Virus record (IMG/VR): IMGVR_UViG_3300027974_000045
Location: 1 to 54,558 of that record
Length of the DNA: 54,558 nt
Source: a virus
Taxonomy: Duplodnaviria; Caudoviricetes
Reading direction: 5' to 3' (one strand)
Under the pieces are notes generated by a model that saw nothing but the letters and a program-made list of their open reading frames with translations, was not told where the DNA came from and did not search any database. Positions 7,409 to 15,961 of the stretch are shown in pieces. The position numbers and the translations under genes were made by a program. Every line of letters begins with the position of its first letter. Within the stretch, counting starts at the first letter, position 1.

Positions 7409-9307
7409 CTAGCTCCTCTCAACAGCTGTCATCGAGCCCCACGACTTCCCCATCTTCACGTCGACAGGGAAGGCGACAGGCAGGTCCACGCCCCACGCTT
7501 TCTTGTAGGGCAGGTTGTCCAGCAGGTGGCCGATCTGGTGAGCGGCCTTCTCTGCGTAGCGGTCGGGCACGATGATGAACACACCATCGTGCAGCTCATA
7601 CGAAAACCGGCCGTCGAACTTGGGCAGCCAGTCGCGCAGGGCCATGAGCCCGAGGTACTTCTGGTCAGCACCCGTGCCTTGGACGGGGCCGTTGATAGCC
7701 GTGCTCTCCATGGCCCATGACCAGTCGGCCCAGCCCGAGGGGTCGGCCGCGTCGGGCCTGATCCACGTGTCGCCCTTGCCGGTGTGGATGCGCCGGCCGG
7801 CGACGGTGGTGACGTAGCCCTCCATGCGTGCGGTCTTGCTCTGGCGGGCCCAGTAGGTGGGCACCCCGGGATAGGTCGAGCGGTAGGTGGCGTGGATGGC
7901 GCGCGCCTGCGGCAGCGTCAGGTCCAGCCCATACTGCACACGCGCCACGCGCTGCAGGGTTGGCGGGCTGGTGCGGTACTGGCACGAGAGGTTTCCGACC
8001 TTCCCCATCTGGCGGTACTGCTTGGCCTGCCTGTCGCCTTCCTTCACGGCGTCCATCATGGCGTGGTAGTTCTGCTCGGAGATGGCCGCACCCATGAACG
8101 CGTGGGCGTCCTCGCCCGGCATGCAGCGGGCGATCATCTCCCGGTCCTTGGACAGCACCGCCATCCAGCGGAACTCCTGCCCGGACCAGTCGGCCTCGAT
8201 CAAGGTGTAGCCGTCGGGTGCGAGGATCACGTCACGAAAGGCAGGGTCTCGCTTCCACTGGTGGAGAGCGATGCCCGTCGGCTTCTGCGCCTTGCCCTTC
8301 AGGATCGACGAGCTGTAGGTCATGCGCCCAGTGTAGGTGCCGGACACCCGGGCGGCGGGCCTGACCCGGCCGTCGTCGTTGTAGTTGGACGAGTTGACCG
8401 CACCCAAGGCAAACTTGGTGCGGTTGTTGGTGGCCTCGCGATAGTCGTTGAGCAGGCCGGCGCGTGGGTCCTCGAACGCCAGCTGGCTGAGGCTGTCACG
8501 GTCGGTGCTGTCGGCCCCCTTCTCGGTCTGCTTCACAGGCTTGAGGCCCCACTGTTTGAACAGCAGGTCACGCAGCTTGGTCGGCGACGCCAGCACCTCG
8601 ACGTCGACGGGTCCGCCGCATGCCATCGACAGCTTCACGTGGGCAAGGGTGGCGTCATCCAGCAGCTTCTCCGCCAACGTGGCGGCTGCGTTCCTGTCAA
8701 CCACCAGCCCCTCGACGTTGGCCTCGGCCACCATGGGCAGGCATGCCGCCTCGATGCGGGCGGCAACGCGCTGCTCGGGTGACATCATGTGCCAGAAGGT
8801 GTTGGCCAGCCACAGGGTATAGACGGCGTCCCGCTTGTTGTAGGTTGCCAGCTTGTCGAGGCCATCGGGTGACAGGTCGTCGTAGTCAACCCCGTCCTCG
8901 TAGCCTGCCATGCCCGGCATGAACTGGCGGACGGCATCCTTCAGGCCGTAGGACTTCGGCACGCCGTCAGCCATGGGGTGGCCGGCGGTGCAGTGCTTCC
9001 ACCACAGCATGGCGTCGGCCCACTTGCAGGCGAACACCTCCTCGCGCAGACCCATGGCGATCAGCCAGCCCATGTCGAACGGGGTGTTCCACCCGACGAT
9101 GGTCACGCCACGATCGGCGCAGTCCACCAGCCACGCACGCAGGGTCGCCTTGTCCGGCCGGCGCAGGCAGACAGCGCCGGTGACAGGCGAGGCCATGGCG
9201 CACATGGTCATGTAGGCAGCGCCCGACCGGGCGAGGTAGGGCTGTAGCCCTGCCCCCTCCCGGTCCCCGGTGGTCTCGACGTCGAAGGCTTCGAGTAGCG
9301 GGCTCAT
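7409..9307 (-). CDS. polA: Family A DNA polymerase with 3'-5' exonuclease
   Basis: Start MSPLLEAFDVETTG (ExoI), WNTPFD (ExoII), YNKRD (ExoIII), TGR, motif A ADWSGQEFR, motif B RQMGKVGNLSCQY, motif C LHDG. The track start at 9604 is an over-extension. Confidence 0.93.
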   Translation of the reverse strand: MSPLLEAFDVETTGDREGAGLQPYLARSGAAYMTMCAMASPVTGAVCLRRPDKATLRAWLVDCADRGVTIVGWNTPFDMGWLIAMGLREEVFACKWADAMLWWKHCTAGHPMADGVPKSYGLKDAVRQFMPGMAGYEDGVDYDDLSPDGLDKLATYNKRDAVYTLWLANTFWHMMSPEQRVAARIEAACLPMVAEANVEGLVVDRNAAATLAEKLLDDATLAHVKLSMACGGPVDVEVLASPTKLRDLLFKQWGLKPVKQTEKGADSTDRDSLSQLAFEDPRAGLLNDYREATNNRTKFALGAVNSSNYNDDGRVRPAARVSGTYTGRMTYSSSILKGKAQKPTGIALHQWKRDPAFRDVILAPDGYTLIEADWSGQEFRWMAVLSKDREMIARCMPGEDAHAFMGAAISEQNYHAMMDAVKEGDRQAKQYRQMGKVGNLSCQYRTSPPTLQRVARVQYGLDLTLPQARAIHATYRSTYPGVPTYWARQSKTARMEGYVTTVAGRRIHTGKGDTWIRPDAADPSGWADWSWAMESTAINGPVQGTGADQKYLGLMALRDWLPKFDGRFSYELHDGVFIIVPDRYAEKAAHQIGHLLDNLPYKKAWGVDLPVAFPVDVKMGKSWGSMTAVERS

Positions 9308-9870
9308 GACGTCACCTCCAGCGCGTGGACGACGCGCTCGTTGTCCTCGCACAGCTGCAGCGCCGCCTCGTAGGTGTGCCAGCGCCGGGCCCGGTCGAGT
9401 GAGCGTGTGTAGGGTTTCACATAGCCGACGGGGGCGGCGTAGGCCCGCTGCCCCGACGTGCGCATGATGATCCACGGCATCTCGTCGGTCCTCGCCAGCC
9501 GCGCTGCGTGCTGGGTGCAGTTGTGCATGATCGAGCTGTGGTGGCGGTTCATGAACCTGCCGATCTGCGTGAACTTGTAGCCCTGCTGGCGCATCAGCCA
9601 GCACGCCTCGTTGCGGGCCAGCACGATCAGCCCACGGGGGCGGGGCGCGTCGCGCTCCAGCGGGGCGGCGATGCGCCCCGCTGGGATGTGGTAGCGGTGG
9701 GACACCCCTCTCAGGATGTCCGCCATGCTCGGGCGGGGCGGGGCTTTAACGTCGGCCCCTGCGACGGCGCTCGCCTCAGCGAAAGGAGTATTCTGATCGA
9801 GCGCAGCCGGTGATACTACCGCCTCGGAACCGGCTTGGCGGGTGACCCCTCCACGGGATGGGATAGACAT
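9304..9870 (-). CDS. DnaA domain IV-like HTH DNA-binding protein
   Basis: DILRGVSHRY...IVLARNEACWLMRQQGYKFTQIGRFMNRHHSSIMH resembles the DnaA C-terminal signature ARQIAMYL...IG..F..RDHTTV.H. Confidence 0.7.
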   Translation of the reverse strand: MSIPSRGGVTRQAGSEAVVSPAALDQNTPFAEASAVAGADVKAPPRPSMADILRGVSHRYHIPAGRIAAPLERDAPRPRGLIVLARNEACWLMRQQGYKFTQIGRFMNRHHSSIMHNCTQHAARLARTDEMPWIIMRTSGQRAYAAPVGYVKPYTRSLDRARRWHTYEAALQLCEDNERVVHALEVTS

Positions 9871-9902
9871 TAGAGTGGTGTCCTTCGTGTTTCAAGCTGT
9901 GG

Positions 9903-9917
9903 ATTTACCGGGTAAAT
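9903..9917. promoter_or_regulatory. 15-bp palindrome
   Basis: gg-atttaccgggtaaat-cc, intergenic. Confidence 0.8.
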
Positions 9918-9923
9918 CCCGGG

Positions 9924-11033
9924 TCAGAACATCTCGACGATCTCGCCCCACGGGGCCTTGCCGGACTGGGTGGTCGCCCACAGCACCGGATAGGCAGGGG
10001 CTGGGCCGAAGTCGTTGCAGCACAGGTCGGTCAGCACCACGGTCACGGCGGGCTCGATGCCTGCCTTGTCGATGTAGCTGAAGATCGGCGAGAAGGCAGT
10101 GCCGCCGCCGCCATGGGCAGCCACGGTCAGCTCCTCGTCGGGGCCGAACTCGTCGTGGTGCTGCACCCGGCTGTCGAAGTAGACGACGTGGGTGCGACGG
10201 GGCGAGCAGTCGCCGAGGATGGCGCGCATCTCTGCGGCAAACGCGGCCAGCTCCTTGGCCCCGATGGAGCCCGAGGTGTCGACGGCGATGACCACCTCAC
10301 CCATGCCCTCGCCGTCCCGGGTGGGGACGAGCAGGTCGTAGGTCAGGTAGACTTGGTTGAGGTTGGCGTAGCTGTAGTCGTCCTTGATCTTGGACGTCAT
10401 CCAGCGGCGCAGCACCTCCTGCCACGGAACCTTGGGGTTCAGCAGCTCGTCGACCATGCGGGCGATGTCGCCCGGCAGCTGGCCCCGCATCTTGGCGGCG
10501 TTGGCAGCCTGAGCCACGGCAGCCTTGACCTCGGCAGCCATGGCGGCAGCCTCCGACGGGTCGCCGGGCGCATCCATCACCTCGTCTAAGGCCGTGCCGT
10601 TGCCGGACGCACCGCCGCCACCACCCTTGGGCTGGTCAGGCAGGAGGTTGTAGACGCCGACGGTGTCCTTGCCACGGGCGACGAGGTCAGGATCGTTGAG
10701 CCCGATGGATGGCATGCGGCCGACGCCTGCCTTGATCAGCATGTCGTTGATCACATAGTCGGCGGCGATGTTCCACTTCTGTGGGTCACGGTCGCCACGG
10801 CGCAGCATGTGCTGGAACACGCAGTGCATGACCTCGTGGCAGCAGACGAACACGGTCTCGTCGACAGACATGCTGTCGACAAAGGCAGGGTTGAACCAGA
10901 TGGTCTTGCCATCGGTCGCCATGGTGGGGATCGTGGTGCTCTCGACGAGGGGCATCTTGAGCATGAGGGTGGCGAAGAAAGCGTGCCAGAGCATGAGCTG
11001 GCCGCGGGCCTTGGTCATCTTGTCCATGGACAT
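9924..11033 (-). CDS. HExxH metallopeptidase-vWA fusion (DUF2201-like)
   Basis: TMATDG, HEVMH, WNIAADYVIN, MIDAS motif DTSGS, GGGGT, VLTD. Confidence 0.88.
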   Translation of the reverse strand: MSMDKMTKARGQLMLWHAFFATLMLKMPLVESTTIPTMATDGKTIWFNPAFVDSMSVDETVFVCCHEVMHCVFQHMLRRGDRDPQKWNIAADYVINDMLIKAGVGRMPSIGLNDPDLVARGKDTVGVYNLLPDQPKGGGGGASGNGTALDEVMDAPGDPSEAAAMAAEVKAAVAQAANAAKMRGQLPGDIARMVDELLNPKVPWQEVLRRWMTSKIKDDYSYANLNQVYLTYDLLVPTRDGEGMGEVVIAVDTSGSIGAKELAAFAAEMRAILGDCSPRRTHVVYFDSRVQHHDEFGPDEELTVAAHGGGGTAFSPIFSYIDKAGIEPAVTVVLTDLCCNDFGPAPAYPVLWATTQSGKAPWGEIVEMF

Positions 11034-11076
11034 TGGGGTAGCCTTTCAGGTTGGGGTGTAAAGAATTGGGTAACTA

Positions 11077-11105
11077 AAACTACGGCGGATAGGCATAGCT
11101 GTCAA
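11077..11105 (-). promoter_or_regulatory. Sigma70-type promoter upstream of the vWA gene
   Basis: TTGACA-N17-TAGTTT. Confidence 0.55.
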
Positions 11106-11358
11106 GCGCGCCGAACGCTTGCATTACCTCGAACGCAGCCTTGGCCGAGGTGATGTCAGGGAAGGGGCCGGAGATGGTCTTGCCCCGGCCCTTGGTGATC
11201 AGGATGTTCGTGAGCGGGTCGACACGGGTGACGATCCAGTAGTTCTTTTCCCACTGCTCGATGAACACCCGAGGGGGGTGTGGCACCTCGGGGTGCCACT
11301 GGCTGAAGGTCCCCTCGGGGCGGACGTGACGGCGGTGACGCCACTCACCGAGCGCCAT
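11080..11358 (-). CDS. Hypothetical protein
   Basis: GGAGG RBS, overlaps upstream gene. Confidence 0.55.
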   Translation of the reverse strand: MALGEWRHRRHVRPEGTFSQWHPEVPHPPRVFIEQWEKNYWIVTRVDPLTNILITKGRGKTISGPFPDITSAKAAFEVMQAFGALDSYAYPP

Positions 11359-12193
11359 ACATTTCCTCCATCTTTGCCATCATGTCGGCCATCTCGTCGA
11401 CCACGGCCTCACGCTTGTGCGGCTGGACCCGCAGCTGGCCCGGGGTGTGGGCGCAGAGCGAGCCCTGCAGCCTGACACGCATGGCCTCGAGGTGAGGGTC
11501 GTCGGTCAGGTTGAGGCTGGGCAGGATGCTCACCAACTCCTGCGCGTTCTCGACGAGGCTGTCACGGAACACGTTCTCCGGGCCGGACAGGCGCTCGTGG
11601 GCCTTGGCCACCACGTCGTGGATGCGTGACCACGCCTCACGCATGGCCTCCTCGGTGTTGGCGCTGATCTGTGCGGTCAGCTGCTCACGCAGGTCCTTGA
11701 TGGCGTCGTCGCCGAGCGAGACCCGGAAGTCATCGCCGACCGGCATGAACGCCACCTCGAACCGGAACCGCCGGCGCAGCTCGTACACCGACGGGTAGTC
11801 AGCGTCGCTGTACATGCCGCCCAGCCGCTGGGGTGCGGCCGCCTTGAGTGCGGGGTAGTCCTGCATGAAGTGGTCGGCGACGCCCTCCCACTGCGACTTG
11901 TAGTCGCCGAGCCGCTTGGCGAAGGCCATGTAGCCGACCGCCTTGCAGATGCGGGCGACCGGGCCCCACGGCAGGGTGTTGGCGAGGAAGTAGGTGCGCA
12001 CCTCGCCGGTGAGCTTCTGCAGGTCGGCGAGGCTGGCAGCGCCGGGCAGCAGGGACTTGTTGACCCGGGCCACGTCGTTGCGGATGCCGTGCTTGGCGGC
12101 GACGTCGAGGGTCTCGCGCTTGTCCAGCTTGCGGGCGGACCACTGCGACATGTTGAGCGATACGAGGAGGGCGCGATCTGCGAGGGAAGTCAT
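11345..12193 (-). CDS. DUF3150-like helical protein
   Basis: WSARKLD, TLPW, F..DYP, YPS..ELR.RF, LNLTDDP; lies between the ATPase and vWA genes. Confidence 0.6.
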   Translation of the reverse strand: MTSLADRALLVSLNMSQWSARKLDKRETLDVAAKHGIRNDVARVNKSLLPGAASLADLQKLTGEVRTYFLANTLPWGPVARICKAVGYMAFAKRLGDYKSQWEGVADHFMQDYPALKAAAPQRLGGMYSDADYPSVYELRRRFRFEVAFMPVGDDFRVSLGDDAIKDLREQLTAQISANTEEAMREAWSRIHDVVAKAHERLSGPENVFRDSLVENAQELVSILPSLNLTDDPHLEAMRVRLQGSLCAHTPGQLRVQPHKREAVVDEMADMMAKMEEMYGAR

Positions 12194-12238
12194 GTGGTAG
12201 TCTCCTTGGGTGTGCGGGGCCCCACCATGGGGCCCCTG

Positions 12239-12253
12239 ATTTACCGGGTAAAT
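12239..12253. promoter_or_regulatory. 15-bp palindrome
   Basis: atttaccgggtaaat, intergenic, next to a GC hairpin at 12216-12236. Confidence 0.8.
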
Positions 12254-12259
12254 GGGGTA

Positions 12260-13258
12260 TCAGGCCCCGGCGATCATCTTGCCGGTGGTGATGGCCCACT
12301 TGATGAACGTCTTGCTCTCCTGCAGCTTGGGCAGGCGGGCAACCACGTCACCGATGACGACCGCCGAGAACTCGGCGGGCAGGCGGTTCACGAATGTCAT
12401 CACGTCGGCGAAGTTCGCCTCGGTGGTGGCCATGGCCAGCGAGCTGGCGACAGCGAACCGGATGTCCGGCTTCTCCGGCACCGGGTGGGTGTCGGGGGCC
12501 TTGAGGATGTCCGAGATGCGGGGCAGGTCACGCCACATCCGCATGTGGGCCTTGAACTCTGCGGCCGGGCCCTCGCCGACAGCTCCGGCGAACAGCTCGT
12601 ACTCGAGGTGCTCGGGCAGCTGGCCGATGAACGGCGAGATACCCTCGGCCCACGCACGGGGCGTGGGGTTGATGTCCCGGTTGGGGTCGAAGCTGTGCAG
12701 CAGGTCGGTCTTGAACCTCAAGAACGCGATCAACTCCATGCGCACACCGGCCGGGATAGCCCACGCCACCCAGTCGTCGAGGCTGACATCGTAGGTCAGC
12801 GTCGTCATGCGGTTGCGCAGGTGGGACAGGATGCGGTTGGCCCCGGCCCTGTCACTGGCGCGGTTGCCGGTCATGACGATCGACCAGCCAGCCTTGAGCT
12901 TGTGCCCGTGGATTTCCCGCTCCTGCACAAGGTTGGCGAGGATTTTCTGTATGGCGTTGTCCGCCTGCGGGGCCTCGTCGATCAGGATCACGCCAGCGTC
13001 CGGGTAGTCGGTACCCTCCAGCGGCCAGCAGGAGTTGGCGATGAAGTTATAAGACAGGCGGTCAACGCTCGGCATGCCGAGCGCGACATGCTCGGGCAGC
13101 ATGGTCGGCGCATGGAAGAGCAGGATCGGCAGGCCCATGGACTTGGCCACCTGCTGCACCACCTGCGTCTTGCCGCCGCCGGGGGGGCCTTCGATCATGA
13201 CCGTGCGACGGCCGGTGATCATGACGCGGAGGACATTGGAAAGGTCGGAGGGTTTCAT
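12260..13258 (-). CDS. MoxR/CbbQ-like AAA+ ATPase
   Basis: GPPGGGKT, ILIDE, TGN sensor, LRNR Arg finger, TPRAW. Confidence 0.9.
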   Translation of the reverse strand: MKPSDLSNVLRVMITGRRTVMIEGPPGGGKTQVVQQVAKSMGLPILLFHAPTMLPEHVALGMPSVDRLSYNFIANSCWPLEGTDYPDAGVILIDEAPQADNAIQKILANLVQEREIHGHKLKAGWSIVMTGNRASDRAGANRILSHLRNRMTTLTYDVSLDDWVAWAIPAGVRMELIAFLRFKTDLLHSFDPNRDINPTPRAWAEGISPFIGQLPEHLEYELFAGAVGEGPAAEFKAHMRMWRDLPRISDILKAPDTHPVPEKPDIRFAVASSLAMATTEANFADVMTFVNRLPAEFSAVVIGDVVARLPKLQESKTFIKWAITTGKMIAGA

Positions 13259-13276
13259 TGGGTAGTTCCTTCAGTG

Positions 13277-13291
13277 ATTTACCGGGTAAAT
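13277..13291. promoter_or_regulatory. 15-bp palindrome
   Basis: Between the promoter and the ATPase RBS. Confidence 0.8.
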
Positions 13292-13332
13292 CCCGGCGGG
13301 GTTGGCGATGGGTGTGTTCCCATCGTTTTAAT

Positions 13333-13361
13333 AGTATAGCAGAAGTTGCAGTCTATGTCAA
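13333..13361 (-). promoter_or_regulatory. Strong sigma70 promoter for the ATPase operon
   Basis: TTGACA-N17-TATACT. Confidence 0.8.
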
Positions 13362-13576
13362 GACCCCTCACAGTATTCGACCGGGACCTGTGAGTAGAGC
13401 CATGCTGCTGCCTTCAGGTAACCTTGGGCAGCCAGTGTCTTTGCTACGGCGGCGATCGTGTCACCTGATATGTCAGCCGCAAGCTGGCGGCTGTGACCTG
13501 TGATGGTCTGGCCGGTCAGCACCTCGGTAAAGAACGCGCGCTGGGTAGCAAGCGAGCAGGTGTCATGCAGGGTCAT
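13358..13576 (-). CDS. Small hypothetical protein
   Basis: GGAG RBS within the upstream gene's 3' end. Confidence 0.55.
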   Translation of the reverse strand: MTLHDTCSLATQRAFFTEVLTGQTITGHSRQLAADISGDTIAAVAKTLAAQGYLKAAAWLYSQVPVEYCEGS

Positions 13577-13805
13577 CGGGGTTCTCCATCTCTAGGGGTT
13601 CGACCTCGCGGTCGTGAGCGGGCCATGTGTTGCCCGGCCATTCCGCCCGCTTGTGTGGGTCCGGGTGCGGGACCAGCAGTCGGAGCAGCAAGGGGTAGTG
13701 TCCCGGGTTGTTTGCCTTAACCACGACAGCGACGTGCCCCCTCACAGGCCCGTCCACGCCCTTGCCCTTGATCCTCACCCAGTCGCCGACCTTGAACTCA
13801 CTCAT
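13563..13805 (-). CDS. SH3/KOW-like mini-protein (array member)
   Basis: MSEFKVGDWVRI...GHVAVVV...EVEPL. Confidence 0.7.
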   Translation of the reverse strand: MSEFKVGDWVRIKGKGVDGPVRGHVAVVVKANNPGHYPLLLRLLVPHPDPHKRAEWPGNTWPAHDREVEPLEMENPDDPA

Positions 13806-13984
13806 CTCGGCAGCTCCTTCAAGGCCGCACGCACCTCCCGCTCCAGCTGGCGCAGGTCCTCACGGGCCCGGGCTACCATGGTGTCGGTGGTCCACCCGTG
13901 GGTGGTGTTGTGGGCGGTGAGCGCCCGGGTTTTTATTGACAGCAGCAGGTCCTTGGCCTGCGGGGACAGGACGACGTAGGTCAT
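13802..13984 (-). CDS. Small helical protein (HxWTTD family, copy 1)
   Basis: Start MTYVVLS at 13984 with GGAGGAG RBS; HGWTTDTMVARAREDL. Confidence 0.6.
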   Translation of the reverse strand: MTYVVLSPQAKDLLLSIKTRALTAHNTTHGWTTDTMVARAREDLRQLEREVRAALKELPR

Positions 13985-14202
13985 GGGGTCTCCTCCAGAA
14001 GTTTGAAGTGATCGGTTGAGAGGTACAGGTAGGTGCGGCCCTGTCCCCGCAGGTAGTCGCGGACGTAGGGTGTCGGGCACAGCGGACGGACGGCGACGCC
14101 TCCGTTCAGGAAGCGAGTGCGGTCTTCGACGACCACGCAAACCATGTCCTTGTAGCGGCCGGCAGTGCAGCAAACGACGACATCACCCGGTTGGAAAGTC
14201 AT
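13981..14202 (-). CDS. SH3/KOW-like mini-protein (array member)
   Basis: MTFQPGDVVVC...YKDMVCVVVE...VRPL. Confidence 0.7.
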   Translation of the reverse strand: MTFQPGDVVVCCTAGRYKDMVCVVVEDRTRFLNGGVAVRPLCPTPYVRDYLRGQGRTYLYLSTDHFKLLEETP

Positions 14203-14473
14203 CGGGTCCTCCTATCCTTGTCAGTTCGCTGGCGCGCATCTCCGTGAGCTGGCCGGGGGCGGGGCGTGTCCAGTTGTCCCTCGCAGGGTTGCCCACCAGT
14301 ATCACGATCGACGCCACCCAGTGCCCGTAGGTGCCGGGCGTGAGGATGCAGTGCTGGACGATGTAGGTGTGGCCCTCACCCCTGCTCTCGGTGATGCGGA
14401 CCACATCCCCCTCCTTGAGCGGGGGCGGGGGCTCGGTCGAGGGGGCGGGTTTCGATCTGGGTTTACGTGCCAT
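14183..14473 (-). CDS. SH3/KOW-like mini-protein (array member)
   Basis: LKEGDVVRI...ASELTRI. Confidence 0.65.
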   Translation of the reverse strand: MARKPRSKPAPSTEPPPPLKEGDVVRITESRGEGHTYIVQHCILTPGTYGHWVASIVILVGNPARDNWTRPAPGQLTEMRASELTRIGGPDDFPTG

Positions 14474-14726
14474 CTGGGTTCTCCACGAGTTGTAGCCATG
14501 CGGTCTTGAGCAACAGGTAATCCCTACCGACCTCGTTCAAGTGTGCCCGGACGGGGGGTGCGGCCACCAGCGGGCGCACCGGGGTGTTGCCCTGCATCGA
14601 GTAGGGGGGGTCGGGCGGATACTCGATCACGACACCAACCATGCCCTTGTACCTTTTGCGGTACTCGGGACTGGGCGGCAAGCCTTTGGAGAAGCACACG
14701 ACGTCTCCTATCTTGAAGTCAGTCAT
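14463..14726 (-). CDS. SH3/KOW-like mini-protein (array member)
   Basis: MTDFKIGDVVCF...YKGMVGVVIE...VRPL...LQLVENP. Confidence 0.7.
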   Translation of the reverse strand: MTDFKIGDVVCFSKGLPPSPEYRKRYKGMVGVVIEYPPDPPYSMQGNTPVRPLVAAPPVRAHLNEVGRDYLLLKTAWLQLVENPDGT

Positions 14727-14931
14727 CTGTTTTACCCGGTAAATACGGGTCCTCTACTAAGGTGAAGCTGTTGGGGTAGTCTCTGAGGCGGGGCTTGTCC
14801 CACCAGTAGGGTACGCCCAGCAGGAACCGCACCGTGATGGTGCCGTCCCCGGTGTGGGTGGTGACCACGACCCCCAGCTCCTCCCCCTCGTACTTGTAGC
14901 GGACGAGGTCGCCGGGCTTGAGCCTCACCAT
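14719..14931 (-). CDS. SH3/KOW-like mini-protein (array member)
   Basis: MVRLKPGDLVRY...LGVVV...ITVRF...FTLVED. Confidence 0.7.
   Translation of the reverse strand: MVRLKPGDLVRYKYEGEELGVVVTTHTGDGTITVRFLLGVPYWWDKPRLRDYPNSFTLVEDPYLPGKTDD
14730..14744. promoter_or_regulatory. 15-bp palindrome (1 mismatch, opposite centre)
   Basis: ttttacccggtaaat at a gene junction. Confidence 0.75.
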
Positions 14932-15218
14932 GCCAGTGGCCTCCGCTCGTGGGCCATGCGCAGCAGGCATGTTGTGTCCCAGCACGCTACCACGCGGTGT
15001 GCAATGTGGGCGGCCGAGATGGAGCGGTCGCCAAGCAGGGTGTCTGGCAGGGTGGCGAGGTCCCGCCGCACCTTGTCACTGGCGTCGGTCGTCCAGAGAT
15101 GGGCAGCGTCGAGGGCCTCGCCGATGGCGTGGAACAGCAGTTGCCTGACCGTGTCGGCGGACATGGGTGCGGGGCGGGTATGGTGGGTGGGTGTGGGGGT
15201 CGTGGTTACCATGGTCAT
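14925..15218 (-). CDS. Small helical protein (HxWTTD family, copy 2)
   Basis: Start MTMVTT at 15218 with AAGGAG RBS; HLWTTDASDKVRRDL. Confidence 0.55.
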   Translation of the reverse strand: MTMVTTTPTPTHHTRPAPMSADTVRQLLFHAIGEALDAAHLWTTDASDKVRRDLATLPDTLLGDRSISAAHIAHRVVACWDTTCLLRMAHERRPLAW

Positions 15219-15466
15219 TCTCCTTCGGGGTCTAGGGGCATGGGGGTTACTTCGTTGGCGTTGAACCACCAGCCGCCGCTGGCATACGCGTCCGGGTCAC
15301 CACGCTGGGCGAGCGAGGGATCGAACGTGCCAAGGAACCGCAGCTTGACGCCGTCGGGACCTGTATCCACCACCATCCCGGCGGCAGGCAGGGCGAAGGG
15401 CGGCTGGCCCCGGCTGTATTGTTTCACGGGCACGAGGGCCCAGTCGCCTATCTTGAAGTCAGTCAT
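15215..15466 (-). CDS. SH3/KOW-like mini-protein (array member)
   Basis: MTDFKIGDWALV...GMVVD...VKLRF...WWFNANEVTP. Confidence 0.7.
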   Translation of the reverse strand: MTDFKIGDWALVPVKQYSRGQPPFALPAAGMVVDTGPDGVKLRFLGTFDPSLAQRGDPDAYASGGWWFNANEVTPMPLDPEGE

Positions 15467-15740
15467 CGTCGGTCTCCAGTGCCTCTAGGTTCCTGATCTG
15501 GTAGTGGGCCCGGCCTCCGTTCGCGAACCGCACGCCGACGGTCCACTCCGGCTGGGCTTCAGCCAGCCGCACCTCCTCGGCCGAGTACTTGTCGACCGCC
15601 GTCAGCGCGTCCTTGTGGTACATGCTGAACAGGTTCTCGATCCACCCCACCCAGCCGGGCTCGCCGTAGCCGTCGTAGGCATCGTAGGTGTCGGCGATCC
15701 GCACGGGCAGGCCGACATACAGTTTTGTGCCGCGTTTCAT
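15459..15740 (-). CDS. SH3/KOW-like mini-protein (array member)
   Basis: LYVGLPVRI...GWVGWI...VGVRF...NLEAL. Confidence 0.65.
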   Translation of the reverse strand: MKRGTKLYVGLPVRIADTYDAYDGYGEPGWVGWIENLFSMYHKDALTAVDKYSAEEVRLAEAQPEWTVGVRFANGGRAHYQIRNLEALETDDD

Positions 15741-15961
15741 GGCTCATTCTCCACGAGGGTCAGCCGGCTGACATGGGTGAAACCCCCATGGGCTATGACG
15801 CCGGCGTCGAGGGCGGGGTGCGGCAGCAGGGGCTTGAGCCACCGCTCGTGCGTGCCCTCGGGCAGCTTGTCGGAGCCCCACGGGACCACGACAAACAGGC
15901 ACCCCTTGAAGTGGGCGTTGTCGTTGATGGCGACGACGTCGCCTATCTTGATGTCAGCCAT
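15737..15961 (-). CDS. SH3/KOW-like mini-protein (array member)
   Basis: MADIKIGDVVAI...FKGCLFVVV...LKPL...LTLVENEP. Confidence 0.7.
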   Translation of the reverse strand: MADIKIGDVVAINDNAHFKGCLFVVVPWGSDKLPEGTHERWLKPLLPHPALDAGVIAHGGFTHVSRLTLVENEP

